Source of the DNA: Castellaniella sp.
GTDB taxonomy: Bacteria; Pseudomonadota; Gammaproteobacteria; Burkholderiales; Burkholderiaceae_B
DNA length: 36,945 bases
Direction of reading: 5' to 3'
Assembly: GCA_027324645.1 (NCBI GenBank)
Contig: DAHVSI010000238.1
Coordinates: 1-36,945, forward strand
Shown here: positions 9,015-18,368 of the stretch, one piece after another
How the letters are laid out: every line of letters begins with the position of its first letter
How positions within the stretch are numbered: the first letter of the stretch is position 1
Notes under the pieces: model-generated
The model's input: the letters and a program-made list of their open reading frames with translations, nothing else
The model's database searches: none
What the model was told of the DNA's origin: nothing
Translations under genes and position numbers: made by a program

Positions 9015-10832
9015 ATGAGGCCCAGTCAGTATTCTGCTCTGCTTTGCATCACTTTCAGTGTATTGCTGCTTACCACGCCGGCCAGCGTTGTGGCACGCGG
9101 CACGGTCGATGAGCCCGTCATTCCCTTGCTGACCGAGACAGACAAGGGGTCGGCGGATAATCCTGATGAGCTGGATCCCGAGGCCGCAACCGGACGCGGT
9201 GACCACGCCTTGGTTCAGAGTACCCACGATATGGTCAGTGCCGCCAACACGCTGGCCAGTCAGGCGGGGGCGCGCATGCTGGCGGACGGCGGCAGTGCGG
9301 TCGACGCCATCATTGCCATGCAGTTTGTGCTGAATCTTGTTGAGCCTCAATCTTCAGGTCTTGGGGGTGGCGGCTTTGTGGTCAATTTTGACGCTGAAAC
9401 GGCTCAGGTGCAGGCCTGGGACGGACGCGAGACGGCGCCGGCTGCTGCCCGTGCAGACCGGTTTCTGAAAGAGGGCGAGGCCCTGTCTTTTCGTGATGCG
9501 GTAAACAACGGGCGGGCCGTGGGTGTGCCCGGTTTGCTTCGCATGTTGCACGACCTGCATAGCCAGCACGGCATTTTGCCGTGGGCAGAGCTAGCTGCGC
9601 CGGCCATCAAGCTGGCTGAGTCGGGGTTTCCTGTGTCTGATCGCCTGCATCAATTGCTTGCCGACAGCAGTGCCTTGCGCGACCAGCCCGAGGCGGCTGC
9701 CTATTTTTATGACCCGTCTGGTGACCCATGGCCCGTTGGGCATGTGTTAACCAATCCCGAATTTGCACAAACCCTGCGGCTGATTGCCGAGCAGGGCCCC
9801 AAACCTTTTTACGAAGGCGAACTAGCAACAGCGATGGTGGCCGCGGTGGCCGAACACCCAAAGCCAGGGGATTTGTCGCACGCTGATCTGGCAGGTTACC
9901 AGGCAAGCCAGCGCGATCCGCTATGCATGCCTTATCGCACATACCAGGTTTGCGGTATGCCGCCGCCCAGTTCTGGCACGCTGGCTGTGTTGCAAATGCT
10001 AGGCATACTGTCGCACACGCCTATTGACAGCCTTGAACCCAACGAACTCATGTCTGTGCACTATTTTGCCGAGGCAGGCCGGCTGGCTTACGCCGATCGC
10101 AATCGGTACGTGGCCGATCCGGATTTTGTGGACGTGCCGCTGGAGGAGTTGCTGGATGCACAGTATCTGCAGGACCGGGCGGGCCTGATTCGTGATGATG
10201 AGTCCATGGGCAAGGCTCGTGCCGGAGAGCCAGATGGCGCAAACGCACGCCCTGGCACCGATGGCACGGCTGAACAGCCTTCCACCACCCATATGGTGGC
10301 AACAGACGTCATGGGCAATGTCGTCAGCATGACGTCAACCATCGAGTCGGCATTTGGCAGCAAAATTTTTGTCAATGGCTATTTGTTGAATAACGAACTC
10401 ACCGATTTTTCTTTGACGGGGACGGACGAACAAGGACGCCCGGTATCCAACAGAGTAGAGGCAGGCAAAAGGCCGCGCAGCTCTATGGCACCAATGATTG
10501 TCCTGCAGGACGGGCGGCCGGTTGTGGCGCTAGGGTCGCCAGGCGGGCCGGCCATTATTAATTACGTGGCTAAAACGCTGTTAGGTGTGCTGGACTGGGG
10601 AATGGATATTCAGAAGGCCATTGACTTGCCGCATCGTGGCAGCCACAACAGTGCCACCACCTACCTTGAAAAGGGCACATCGCTGGCCAAGCTACAGGAC
10701 GATCTGGAAGACCTGGGCCATGAGGTTGAGCTTAAGGATTTTCCCAGTGGTCTGCATGGACTGGTCATGACGCCCGATGGAATCCAGGGGGGAGCAGACC
10801 CACGCCGGGAAGGCCGGGCCGTGGGCCACTAG
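9015..10832 (+). CDS. ggt: gamma-glutamyltransferase (periplasmic, signal peptide)
   Basis: I chose the start MRPSQYSALLCITFSVLLL, which looks like a signal peptide. The autoprocessing and nucleophile region PSTTHMVATD and the C-terminal GGADPRREG are typical of GGT. Confidence 0.9.
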   Translation: MRPSQYSALLCITFSVLLLTTPASVVARGTVDEPVIPLLTETDKGSADNPDELDPEAATGRGDHALVQSTHDMVSAANTLASQAGARMLADGGSAVDAIIAMQFVLNLVEPQSSGLGGGGFVVNFDAETAQVQAWDGRETAPAAARADRFLKEGEALSFRDAVNNGRAVGVPGLLRMLHDLHSQHGILPWAELAAPAIKLAESGFPVSDRLHQLLADSSALRDQPEAAAYFYDPSGDPWPVGHVLTNPEFAQTLRLIAEQGPKPFYEGELATAMVAAVAEHPKPGDLSHADLAGYQASQRDPLCMPYRTYQVCGMPPPSSGTLAVLQMLGILSHTPIDSLEPNELMSVHYFAEAGRLAYADRNRYVADPDFVDVPLEELLDAQYLQDRAGLIRDDESMGKARAGEPDGANARPGTDGTAEQPSTTHMVATDVMGNVVSMTSTIESAFGSKIFVNGYLLNNELTDFSLTGTDEQGRPVSNRVEAGKRPRSSMAPMIVLQDGRPVVALGSPGGPAIINYVAKTLLGVLDWGMDIQKAIDLPHRGSHNSATTYLEKGTSLAKLQDDLEDLGHEVELKDFPSGLHGLVMTPDGIQGGADPRREGRAVGH

Positions 10833-11677
10833 CGGAAAACAACCGTGCGCTGACCATTGAGCAAAATACGATGCTCGACATGGGACCGTACTGCCCGGGC
10901 CAGTACCAGTGATTCGATGTCGCTGCCTACGCGTGTCAGGGCTTTGGCGCTCAGACCATGGTGGACGCGCTCCACATCCTGTTCAATGATGGGGCCTTCA
11001 TCCAGATCGGAGGTGACGTAGTGTGCTGTGGCACCAATAATTTTGACACCGCGGGCGTGTGCCTGGTGGTAGGGGCGGGCGCCCTTAAAGCTTGGTAAAA
11101 AGCTGTGGTGAATATTGATGGCCCGCCCGGCCAGCGCGTCGCACAGTTGCGGGGACAAGATCTGCATGTATCGTGCCAGCACGACCAGATCGACTGCGTT
11201 GTCCTTGACTAGGTCAAGGATTTGCTGCTCTTGTTCCGGGCGGGTGTCCGGGGTCACGGGCAGGTAATGGTAAGGGATGCCATAGCCGGCTGCCAGCGAG
11301 GCATAGTCATTGTGGTTAGAGGCAATGCCCGCTATGTCTACAGGCAGCTGGCCGCTGTCTGCACGGAAAAGCAGATCATTCAGGCAGTGGCCCTGTCGGC
11401 TGACCAGAATAAGCAAGCGTTGACGCTGTTGCGCATCGTAGATTTGCACATGCATGTCAAAGCGATGAGCCAGCGATTCAAACGATGCTTGCAAATCGGC
11501 AACGGCCATCGGTTCGGGCAAATGAAAATGTACGCGCAGAAAAAAACGGCCTGTTTCCAGATCGCCAAACTGCTGGGCGTCAATAATGTTGCCATGCAGA
11601 TTCAGCAGCCAGCCGGTCACGTTGTGCACAATGCCAATGCGATCGGGGCAGGACAGGGTCAGGATGTAGTCATTCAT
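10829..11677 (-). CDS. purU: formyltetrahydrofolate deformylase
   Basis: 282 aa with an N-terminal ACT-like segment (LTLSCPDRIGIV) and a formyltransferase core (INIHHSFLPSFKGARPY, GATAHYVT). Confidence 0.9.
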   Translation of the reverse strand: MNDYILTLSCPDRIGIVHNVTGWLLNLHGNIIDAQQFGDLETGRFFLRVHFHLPEPMAVADLQASFESLAHRFDMHVQIYDAQQRQRLLILVSRQGHCLNDLLFRADSGQLPVDIAGIASNHNDYASLAAGYGIPYHYLPVTPDTRPEQEQQILDLVKDNAVDLVVLARYMQILSPQLCDALAGRAINIHHSFLPSFKGARPYHQAHARGVKIIGATAHYVTSDLDEGPIIEQDVERVHHGLSAKALTRVGSDIESLVLARAVRSHVEHRILLNGQRTVVFR

Positions 11678-12227
11678 GATTGTGGCGGGTTGATGTTTGA
11701 TGAGGCGTATCCGGGGACTCGGCAGCAGCAGGCGTCAAGGCAAAGCCACCGCCGTGATACACCAGAGGCGCCACCTGCTGATATTCACAGCGTTCTACTT
11801 GCCCCACAAAAATAACGTGGTCGCCGGCCTCATGTTGGGCAACATTGCGACACTCAAGCCAGGCCGCCGTGCGCTGGTCATCCAGCATCAGGGTGCCCCC
11901 TGGGGCCCGGGCAAGACTGACGTCCTGGAAGCGTTCGTCCTGGGGGCCCCGTGCAAATCGTCCGGCCAGTTCTTTTTGCTGGGCCGATAAAATATGCACA
12001 ACGTAGCGCCCGGTTTGTTGAAACTGCGGCAGGGACGATGCTTTCTTTGTGAGTGTCCACAGAATGAGCGGCGGCTGCAAGGACAAAGAATGAAACGAGC
12101 TGATCGTCAGGCCCAATGGCGAGCCGCTGGCTGGTGATTCTGTTGTGATCAAGGTCACACCAGTAGGAAACCGGCCTACGACTGAGCGAAAATGGCGTTC
12201 ATCAAAAGGGGGCAAAGCGTCGGTCAT
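11670..12227 (-). CDS. flavin reductase family protein (HpaC/NADH:flavin oxidoreductase-like)
   Basis: 185 aa with FRSVVGRFPTGVTLITT. Its stop overlaps the purU start in the sequence ATGAATGA (8 nt). Confidence 0.8.
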   Translation of the reverse strand: MTDALPPFDERHFRSVVGRFPTGVTLITTESPASGSPLGLTISSFHSLSLQPPLILWTLTKKASSLPQFQQTGRYVVHILSAQQKELAGRFARGPQDERFQDVSLARAPGGTLMLDDQRTAAWLECRNVAQHEAGDHVIFVGQVERCEYQQVAPLVYHGGGFALTPAAAESPDTPHQTSTRHNHE

Positions 12228-12242
12228 GAAATAAGTGTGGGG

Positions 12243-12890
12243 TCAGGGTGCCAGCCGGCTGCGCGCCCAGCTACCTTGCTGATTGGCCTGGTACACAATG
12301 CGGTCGTGCAGCCTGCAGCGGCGGCCCTGCCAAAACTCCAGGTAATCGGGTACCAGGCGATAGCCGCCCCAGTTTTCCGGGCGCGGAGGGTGGTCGCCAT
12401 AGTCGTCAATGGCCTGTTGCAAGCGGTGTTCCAGCTGGGCCCGTGTGATGGGCTGGCTTTGGGGCGAGGCATAGGCGCCAAGTCGTGAGCCCGCAGGGCG
12501 ACTATAGAAATAGGCGTCGGATTCGTCTGCGGAGACCTTGCTGACTGTGCCCTCGGCACGGATCTGGCGTTCGATGCCGGGCCAGTAGAACAACAGACAC
12601 GCACGCGGGTTGTCGGCAAGTTCATGGCCCTTGCGGGAATCGTAGTGGGTATAAAACACCAGGCCACTGGCGTTGCAGGCCTTGAGCAGCACCGTCCGTG
12701 CCGATGGCTGGCCCCGTGCATTGACCGTGGCAAGCGTCATGGCTGTGGGGTCAATAACACCCGGTGTGGTGCGTGCTTCATTGACCCACTGCACGAGTAC
12801 GGCCAGCGGATCGTCGCCCAGCGCATTGTCATCAAGCTGGGCGTGATCGTAACTACGGCGGATATCGGCAAAAGACATCAGCAAAGGCAT
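12243..12890 (-). CDS. pdxH: pyridoxamine 5'-phosphate oxidase
   Basis: 215 aa, collinear with E. coli PdxH as I recall it. It ends ...EFWQGRRCRLHDRIVYQ...SRLAP. Confidence 0.9.
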   Translation of the reverse strand: MPLLMSFADIRRSYDHAQLDDNALGDDPLAVLVQWVNEARTTPGVIDPTAMTLATVNARGQPSARTVLLKACNASGLVFYTHYDSRKGHELADNPRACLLFYWPGIERQIRAEGTVSKVSADESDAYFYSRPAGSRLGAYASPQSQPITRAQLEHRLQQAIDDYGDHPPRPENWGGYRLVPDYLEFWQGRRCRLHDRIVYQANQQGSWARSRLAP

Positions 12891-12937
12891 GAAGGATTGG
12901 CAATCCTCCAGTTTAACGGAATGCAGCGTGCCGTGGC

Positions 12938-13564
12938 TCAGGCAAGTGCTTTGTCCGCGTGCTGCAGGTGGGTAACAATAGTTTGCAGGTGGCGGTCGTG
13001 GATGTTGTGTGCAACCAGGGCGTCTGCGGTTTCCATCACGTATTCACGGCATGGGCCGCTGCGGCCGTGTGCCCCGTTAATGACCTGCACCAGCTGGCTG
13101 GGTGGCAGGTCGCGCACGTACGCTTCGGTAGCGCGGTTCATGGTAAAAACCAGCGCATTGACAGGCCCGTCGGGTGTGCGACACGTAAGCCATCGGGGTA
13201 CATACGCGGCGGTGGGCATTTCACGGTACCACAGTGCGTCCATGGTTTTGGGGACATGGCGCCCGGCAATGCGAAAGACAACACCGCGGCATGAACCCCC
13301 GCGATCCAGGCCAAAGACCAGTCCGGGCCGTTCGGGTGTCCCCCGGTTGACGCTGGACCACAGGCAAAGCGCACGATGGTAGCCGTGCAACCGGGCATCA
13401 CGGCGTTCGTCAAATACAAAATCGGGCCGCCATATGAGCGAGCCATAGCCAAACACCCAGACATCGGTGCCGGGCTGCCACTGCTGCATGCTGGCACGCA
13501 GCGAGACGGCGCGTTCGGCATCAGTCAGTACGCGAAAAGCTTGAGCGGAAGGTGGAGTAGACAC
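12938..13564 (-). CDS. chaC: glutathione-specific gamma-glutamylcyclotransferase (ChaC family)
   Basis: It has VWVFGYGSLIWRPDF, the YGSL motif of the GGCT/ChaC fold, and overall collinearity with ChaC. Confidence 0.82.
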   Translation of the reverse strand: MSTPPSAQAFRVLTDAERAVSLRASMQQWQPGTDVWVFGYGSLIWRPDFVFDERRDARLHGYHRALCLWSSVNRGTPERPGLVFGLDRGGSCRGVVFRIAGRHVPKTMDALWYREMPTAAYVPRWLTCRTPDGPVNALVFTMNRATEAYVRDLPPSQLVQVINGAHGRSGPCREYVMETADALVAHNIHDRHLQTIVTHLQHADKALA

Positions 13565-13645
13565 AAAGACAACCAGCAGATCACAGTAAAATCATGGGTT
13601 ACCAGTATTCTGGTGGTTCCCGTCGCATTTATCAAGTATGTAACC

Positions 13646-14479
13646 ATGACTCAGTTGAATATCAAGCCGGATCACGAGCGGCGCTTTGGCGGCCTGCAGC
13701 GGCTGTATGGTACGATCGTTTTACAGCAGCTCAAGGCCGCCCATGTCATGATCGCCGGCCTGGGGGGCGTGGGCGCCTGGAGCGCCGAGGCGCTGGCCCG
13801 TTCCGGCGTCGGCAAGCTGACATTGATTGATCTGGACCACGTGGCGCCCTCCAATATCAATCGGCAGCTGCACGCCGTGACAAGCACAGTTGGCCAGGCC
13901 AAGGTAGACGCCATGGCAGAGCGGGTTGCCGCCATACAGCCCGACTGTGAGGCGGTGCGTATTGATGATTTTGTCACGCCCGAAAACGTGTCGGAGCTAC
14001 TTGCCAGCCGGCCGCACGTGCTGCTTGACTGCACCGACCAGGTGGCAGCCAAGGTAGCCATGATTCTTGAAGCCCGGTCCTGGGACATTCCTCTTGTGGT
14101 GTGTGGCGGCGCCGGGGGCAAAACCGACCCGTTACGCTTGCGCGGTGGGGACCTTTCCCTGGCGACACACGATGCTCTGCTCAATCGTGTTCGTCAGCAA
14201 TTGCGGCGTCATCATGGTTATCCGCGCGGGCAGGCAGGCCGTGGGAAAGCGTCCGCACGTCCACCACGCATGTGTGTGTCGGCCTTGTGGTTCGATGAGC
14301 CTGTCAGGCTGCCGGATAGCTGGCAACAGACGCGGGATGATGCAGGCGGCGCCACGAGGCCCGCGGACCCGTTGCAGGGGCTCTCATGCGCCGGCTACGG
14401 ATCGGTGGTGACTGTCACGGCCACCATGGGCATGGCGGCGGCCGGCCAAGCCCTGGAATTGTTGGTTGAGCCGTCTTAG
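13646..14479 (+). CDS. tcdA: tRNA threonylcarbamoyladenosine dehydratase (ThiF/E1-like)
   Basis: Start MTQLNIKPDHERRFGGLQRLYG. GLGGVGAWSAEALARSGVG..LIDLD...NINRQ matches TcdA/CsdL. The track start at 13376 overlaps chaC on the opposite strand. Confidence 0.88.
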   Translation: MTQLNIKPDHERRFGGLQRLYGTIVLQQLKAAHVMIAGLGGVGAWSAEALARSGVGKLTLIDLDHVAPSNINRQLHAVTSTVGQAKVDAMAERVAAIQPDCEAVRIDDFVTPENVSELLASRPHVLLDCTDQVAAKVAMILEARSWDIPLVVCGGAGGKTDPLRLRGGDLSLATHDALLNRVRQQLRRHHGYPRGQAGRGKASARPPRMCVSALWFDEPVRLPDSWQQTRDDAGGATRPADPLQGLSCAGYGSVVTVTATMGMAAAGQALELLVEPS

Positions 14480-14560
14480 GTTTGTGACATCCGGACATAC
14501 CCTAGATCCTTTTGATAGATAATGGCGGTAAACTAGGCGGTTTCTCAGGAGGAGCCATTT

Positions 14561-15676
14561 ATGAATTTCAAGCTTCGTCATATAGCAACGGCTGTCTGCG
14601 TCACAGCCTCCATGGTTGCTGCCTCGGCCGCTTCAGCGGAAGACACCATCCAGATGGGTGCCGTGCTGTCCCTTACGGGCTCCAGCGCGACTGTGGGTGA
14701 AGACGTCCGTCGTGCGGTTGACATCGCCGTTGACGAGATCAACGACGATGGCGGCGTGCTCGGTAAAAAGTTCGAGGTCATTGTCGAGGACTCGGCTGGC
14801 AACACAACGTCAGCGCTTAATGCGGCACGCAAGCTTGTTAGTGTCGACGAGGTCCCGGTCATTATTGGTGAATACTCGTCAGGCATTACGCTGCCCATGG
14901 CACAGTACATCGTCAAAGAAGGCGTCAACCACATCAACGTGGCCAGCACCAGCGTCAAGATCCGCGACCTGGGCGATACCGCATTCAACCTGATCGGCCT
15001 TGAAGATGCCGGCAACAAGTTTTCATCCAGCGATGTGTATTCACAGGGCATGAAGCGCATCGCCCTGATCGCTCCCAATAACGCCTACGGGCAGGGCGTC
15101 GCCGAAGGTTTCCGCGACGAATACGAGAAACTTGGTGGTGAAATCGTCAGCGAAATCCTGTACACCGAAGGGCAATCCACCTATCGCCGCGAGCTGCAGC
15201 AAATGGCGCGCACCAAGCCCGATGGCTATGTTTATACTGCCTACCCGCAGGAAGCGGCCGTCATGAATCGCGAAGCCAGCGAACTGGGACTGCAAAACGA
15301 CCCTTGGTATGGCATTTTGCTTAGCATGTGCTTAAGCGACACCCCTGATGATATCGCCGAAGGGCAAATTGGCATGGAGGTGGGCTCGCTGCGTGGTGAC
15401 AAGGGTGAAGCCTATAAGAAAACGTTCACCGAACGTCATCCTGACGGCATGAAATCGTCTTATACTGGCTACGCTTATGACGCTGTCATGATGACCGCCA
15501 AGGCTATTGAGCAGGCTGGTTCCACGGATGTCGAGGCTGTCACAGAGGCGCTCAAAGAAGTGGGTCAGGACTACGAAGGCGTCACTGGCGAAATCACCTT
15601 TGACGATGACTTGCAACGTATCGATCCACCGTACGATGCACTCATCTCCAAAGACGGTGAAATCGTCCGCCGCTAA
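14561..15676 (+). CDS. Liv-type (type I periplasmic binding fold) ABC substrate-binding protein
   Basis: It has a signal peptide ending ASAASA and IQMGAVLSLTGSSATVGED, typical of LivK/Leu-Ile-Val-binding family proteins. AGGAGG lies upstream. Confidence 0.85.
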   Translation: MNFKLRHIATAVCVTASMVAASAASAEDTIQMGAVLSLTGSSATVGEDVRRAVDIAVDEINDDGGVLGKKFEVIVEDSAGNTTSALNAARKLVSVDEVPVIIGEYSSGITLPMAQYIVKEGVNHINVASTSVKIRDLGDTAFNLIGLEDAGNKFSSSDVYSQGMKRIALIAPNNAYGQGVAEGFRDEYEKLGGEIVSEILYTEGQSTYRRELQQMARTKPDGYVYTAYPQEAAVMNREASELGLQNDPWYGILLSMCLSDTPDDIAEGQIGMEVGSLRGDKGEAYKKTFTERHPDGMKSSYTGYAYDAVMMTAKAIEQAGSTDVEAVTEALKEVGQDYEGVTGEITFDDDLQRIDPPYDALISKDGEIVRR

Positions 15677-15706
15677 CCCTGATTGATTACCGTCGGGTAC
15701 GCAAGG

Positions 15707-15736
15707 GCCGCCACCCGCCATATCGGTGTGGCTGGC
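15707..15736 (+). terminator. GC-rich intercistronic stem-loop between the binding-protein gene and the first permease gene (possible partial terminator or mRNA stabiliser)
   Basis: GCCGCCACCCG (15707-15717) pairs with CGGtGTGGCtGGC (15724-15736). That gives 11 bp with two single-nt bulges and a 6-nt loop, followed by the T-containing tail TCTTTGCGTT. Confidence 0.3.
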
Positions 15737-15761
15737 TCTTTGCGTTCGTGCAGGATAAACA

Positions 15762-16655
15762 ATGCTTCAGATTCTGGTTGATACGCTGCTGCGCACATCA
15801 GACCTTGCGCTTGTCGCGCTTGGACTAAGCCTGGTGTATGGGCTGGCCAAATTTCCAAATATCGCCCATGTCCAGTACGCCATGATGGGCGCCTTTCTGT
15901 CTTATGTATTCTCGACCTGGGGGCTACCCCTTGTCATTGCCATTGGCGTTGCCTCTTTGGTTACCGGGCTTTTCACGTTGCTGGTGCACCACTACATTTT
16001 CCGGCTTCTGCTGCGCTCCAGTCCGGCCGTCACCATGATTGGCTCGCTGGCCATGTCCATGCTGATCGTGGCCGTCGCGCTGGCGCTGGCGGGTTCCTAC
16101 CCCAAAATGTTTGACCGTCCGCGCACACCGCCCATCTTTCTGGGTGATGCCATATTGTCCTGGTCCCAGGTTATAACCATGGCAACAACCGGCACAATCA
16201 TTGTCCTGTTTTTGTTGCTGCTGTTCTATACCCGGGTGGGCAGGGCCATGCGGGCCTTGTCATCCAACCGCGACCTGGCCTATGCCAGTGGGCTCAACGC
16301 CAATCGCATCACCAATATTGTGGACTTCAGCAGCGGCGCCCTGGCAGGCCTGGGTGGCAGCATGCTGGCCATGTCCATTGGCGCGCACATCAATCTTGGC
16401 CACGATTTGCTGCTGCCAACGTTTGCGGCCGCCATTCTGGGAGGGCTGGGCAACCCTATTGGTGCCATTGGCGGCGCATTGCTGATTGCCTTTGCAGAAA
16501 CGCTGGTTACCAACGTTAATTTTGGTTTTCTTTTTGGCCAACCCATGGTGTTCATGCCCGCATCCTATATCAACGCTGCATCGTTCTTTATTCTGTTGAT
16601 TGCACTTATCTTCCGGCCTTACGGTCTATTCGATCGCGAGGTGCGGCGTGTTTGA
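15762..16655 (+). CDS. branched-chain amino acid-type ABC permease (LivH family)
   Basis: 297-aa polytopic protein ending ...LIFRPYGLFDREV, as in the LivH family. Confidence 0.85.
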   Translation: MLQILVDTLLRTSDLALVALGLSLVYGLAKFPNIAHVQYAMMGAFLSYVFSTWGLPLVIAIGVASLVTGLFTLLVHHYIFRLLLRSSPAVTMIGSLAMSMLIVAVALALAGSYPKMFDRPRTPPIFLGDAILSWSQVITMATTGTIIVLFLLLLFYTRVGRAMRALSSNRDLAYASGLNANRITNIVDFSSGALAGLGGSMLAMSIGAHINLGHDLLLPTFAAAILGGLGNPIGAIGGALLIAFAETLVTNVNFGFLFGQPMVFMPASYINAASFFILLIALIFRPYGLFDREVRRV

Positions 16656-17538
16656 TTTTCTTGTTTCATCGTTAACAGTTGCCGGTATCTATGCGCTGAT
16701 GGCGCTTGGTCTAAACCTGCAGGCAGGTTATGCACGTTTGCTGAATTTTGGCCATATTGTTTTTGCCGGCATTGGCGCTTATGCCACGGGCATTTTCATT
16801 CGTGAGGGCTGGGGCGCATTTCCTGGAGCCGTCACCGGCATGCTGTTAGCCATGGCGCTGGGCTGGGGCATTGCCAGGCTGGGCCGCGAACTGGGCGCCG
16901 ATTACTGGGCCATTGTCACGCTGGCCATTGCCGAGATTGTGCGCACAGTCGCCAATAACGAAACCTGGCTCACCGAGGGTGCTCAGGGGATTGGCAATTT
17001 GCCGTCGCTGTTTGACAACCTGGGCCGCCCGTATAACTCCCTGGCATTTCTGGCGTTCACCCTGGTCGCTGTGCTGCTGGCAGCGCTGTTTTGTCGGCGT
17101 CTGGGCAAGGGCCGCCTGGGCCGTGCGTTGCGGGTGATGCGTGAGCAGCCCAACCTGGCTGCCTGCATGGGTTACGACCTGACGGGGCTCAAAAGCCGGG
17201 CGCTGGTTTCGGCAGCGGCCATTACCGCACTGGGCGGTTCGCTGTATGCCCACTACATGAGCTTCGTGGGCCCAGATTACATGATGGCCTCCGAAACATT
17301 CCTGCTGTGGACCATGGTCATGATCGGCGGACTGGGCAACACTGCCGGCGTACTGGTGGGCGTCATACTGGTCCAAGGCGCCTATACGCTGGTGCCTTTT
17401 GCCCGGCAATTCTTTGGGTTTGGATCCGACATGGCAGCGTCCCTGCGTCTGGGGCTCATTGGCGTGATCCTGCTCACGTGTCTGCTCTGGCGCACTGAAG
17501 GTCTGTTGCCAGAACGCATCCGCAAGGTGTCATCATGA
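16648..17538 (+). CDS. branched-chain amino acid-type ABC permease (LivM family)
   Basis: I chose the GTG at 16648, with GAGG 6 nt upstream. It overlaps the livH-like stop by 8 nt. The N-terminus ...VAGIYALMALGLNLQAGYA is LivM-like. Confidence 0.78.
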   Translation: MFDFLVSSLTVAGIYALMALGLNLQAGYARLLNFGHIVFAGIGAYATGIFIREGWGAFPGAVTGMLLAMALGWGIARLGRELGADYWAIVTLAIAEIVRTVANNETWLTEGAQGIGNLPSLFDNLGRPYNSLAFLAFTLVAVLLAALFCRRLGKGRLGRALRVMREQPNLAACMGYDLTGLKSRALVSAAAITALGGSLYAHYMSFVGPDYMMASETFLLWTMVMIGGLGNTAGVLVGVILVQGAYTLVPFARQFFGFGSDMAASLRLGLIGVILLTCLLWRTEGLLPERIRKVSS

Positions 17539-18368
17539 GCCAGGTTGTACTCACGGTCGAATCGGTTGCCAAGGCATTTGGCGGCAACCAGGTTCTCAAG
17601 GACGTCAGCTTCTCGGTCAACAAGGGCGAGATCGTTGGACTGCTGGGCCCCAACGGGTCGGGCAAAAGCACCTTGCTTAATACCATCACGGGTTTTGAAA
17701 CAACGGATGCAGGCAGCGTTCAGTTTGAGGGTCGGCGTATCAATAATCAGGTCACCCACCGCATTATCCAGCATGGTGTGGCCCGAACCTTCCAGCTACC
17801 AAGCATGCCCGAAAAAATGTCTGTCATGGAAGTCGCCATGGCAGCAAGCACCGCGCATCATGGCTTCTGGGATACATTCCTGGGCTCCCCAGGCGCGCGG
17901 CGTGCCGAACAGCAAGCCTACGAGCGCGCACTTGCCCTCACGGAACGCCTGTTGCTTACCGACGTGCGTGACTTGTCGGCGGCGGCCCTGTCTGGCGGCC
18001 AAAAAAAGCTGCTGGGCATTGTGTGCGCCCTGATGGCACAGCCGCGCATGCTGATGCTTGACGAGCCCACGGCCGGCGTACACCCCAACCTGCGTCAAGA
18101 CATTGTTCGTGTATTGCGTCAGCTTAACGAAGAAGGCATGACGATTGTGGTGGTAGAGCACGACATGCATTTTATTCGCGAACTGTGCCATCGCTGTGTT
18201 GTGCTCGACCGGGGCCATATTGTGGCTGACTGCCACCCCAACGAACTAGCCACGAACGAGCAGGTCCTAAATGCCTATCTGGGCACCACACGACCGCATG
18301 GTATTGATGTTGACACAGGCGGGGCAGAGGCTGCCGTGCAGGATAACAACGGACAGGCAATTTCATGA
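17535..18368 (+). CDS. ABC transporter ATP-binding protein (LivG family)
   Basis: Walker A GPNGSGKST, signature LSGGQKK, Walker B LMLDEPTAG. There are 4-nt overlaps with both neighbouring genes. Confidence 0.88.
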   Translation: MSQVVLTVESVAKAFGGNQVLKDVSFSVNKGEIVGLLGPNGSGKSTLLNTITGFETTDAGSVQFEGRRINNQVTHRIIQHGVARTFQLPSMPEKMSVMEVAMAASTAHHGFWDTFLGSPGARRAEQQAYERALALTERLLLTDVRDLSAAALSGGQKKLLGIVCALMAQPRMLMLDEPTAGVHPNLRQDIVRVLRQLNEEGMTIVVVEHDMHFIRELCHRCVVLDRGHIVADCHPNELATNEQVLNAYLGTTRPHGIDVDTGGAEAAVQDNNGQAIS

